Position numbers and translations under genes: made by a program. From NCBI GenBank assembly GCA_009103225.1, contig RHPI01003156.1, positions 536,537 through 600,536 on the forward strand: a DNA stretch of 64,000 nt, in the 5' to 3' direction. Position 1 is the first letter of the stretch. Each line of letters begins with the position of its first letter. Origin of the DNA: Chlorokybus atmophyticus (Eukaryota; Plantae; Mesostigma and Chlorokybus algae). Shown here piece after piece: positions 62,901 through 64,000 of the stretch. Under the pieces are notes generated by a model, which saw nothing but the letters and a program-made list of their open reading frames with translations, was not told the DNA's origin and made no database searches.

Positions 62901-64000
62901 CAGCAGCTGGTTGGCATCCTATGCTGTTCGCAGATTGTTGAGAGCGACATCCGATATCTGTTTGAGAAAAAGTCCAGTGATGTTGAAGACGGATAGTCTC
63001 GTTACTAGTTCGTGTACCAGCTGGCTGCTACACTGGAACACTACACTGGCGGGGATACCTGTTGCGCAGTTCACGTTGGCATTGCTAGCGTGTTTTTGAT
63101 CTGCTACGTGTGTCTGGTTGCGTGTGTGCGTGTGTACAGAAGATTTAGACTGTTGCATCCATGCAATAGTGCATGATGCACGCTGGTACATGATAAACCA
63201 TGCACGCCAACAACACACATACTGACTTGATTACTTTACATATTTTTTTTACTTCACTAATTTTACAACTACCCCATCTTGTTAGACGTGAAAGCATGCA
63301 TGCGCAGTCATGGTTACCTGCACCATGGCTGTTGTGTGTGTGTGCGCACACGCGCAGATCATAGCGCGAAATGCCGCCCCCAGTTCTGCATGTCATCCAT
63401 CCTGCATTGACGTGTGCTGCTGTTGCATTTGTCGCGTCTCAGAGCCGGAGTACGCAAGATGTGAAGCACGTTGTGCACATGCAAAGTATATGCACAAGTT
63501 GCAGAAAATTGCAACAGCCAATACTTACATGGCAACAAGCAACGTGACATTAAGCTGCAAACTGGTGCACATAAACACGAAATGCTACATCTATTATGTA
63601 CACACGTGGAGACACATGACAACAGGTGAAAAAGCAACGCCAACCAGGGTCGGCAGGGGCTGGCCACCCCATGCTGCCAAACACCAACCATCAACGCCCG
63701 CAACACCCGAACTCACCTGTCACACATGCACCACACGTTAGCAAATGCCAAGTGTGGGTAGTTGCTATTGCGGTTGACCGGTCCGACTGCATTGACGAAT
63801 TGGCTGCTATATCAAAGGTAGCGGGCAACAACTAGCACGACCACGTGAACGAATCAATTGCAACGTCGTGACATTGCAAGCAAGCATGTGCAGTGCATGT
63901 CAATGCTATGATAGCGGGCATGGAACACAGCCTGCATGCTGTGTACTGATCACACTCCTTGCTTGTAACATGCATGCGCCATCGCACGCCACATTGTATG

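Overview
Intron-rich eukaryotic nuclear DNA. The gene set (plant-type telobox TRFL, AGT2, kelch/AT-hook protein) suggests a green alga or early streptophyte; this taxonomy is inference. Two gene-dense flanks surround a ~21-kb transposon island (~31.8-53 kb). Left flank: AGT2, a kelch-HMG-AT-hook protein, decayed CRE-like retroelement fragments, a pseudogene, a cytochrome b561-type protein, a TRF-like telobox Myb protein, a VIT-vWA protein, a pogo-type MITE and a VOC/glyoxalase. Right flank: a small acidic membrane protein, AP-3 sigma, TVP38/TMEM64 and LSM7. Main result: a 10.5-kb DNA transposon (39811-50323) with perfect 23-bp TIRs and a 4-bp CTTC target-site duplication. It encodes a spliced Academ-type protein (DDE transposase, XPG/FEN1-like nuclease, Cys-rich CXC finger). 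It also carries a spliced cargo gene fusing a putative Zn finger and a Tudor-like domain to a phage/bacterial-type C5 DNA-cytosine methyltransferase. The element sits inside a tiny LTR retroelement (79-bp LTRs) whose LTR/PBS junction forms a tRNA-like A-box/B-box promoter. Next to it is a 4.7-kb fold-back complex with a conserved hairpin core. All family assignments come from motif recognition, not database searches. Exon boundaries were read by eye.
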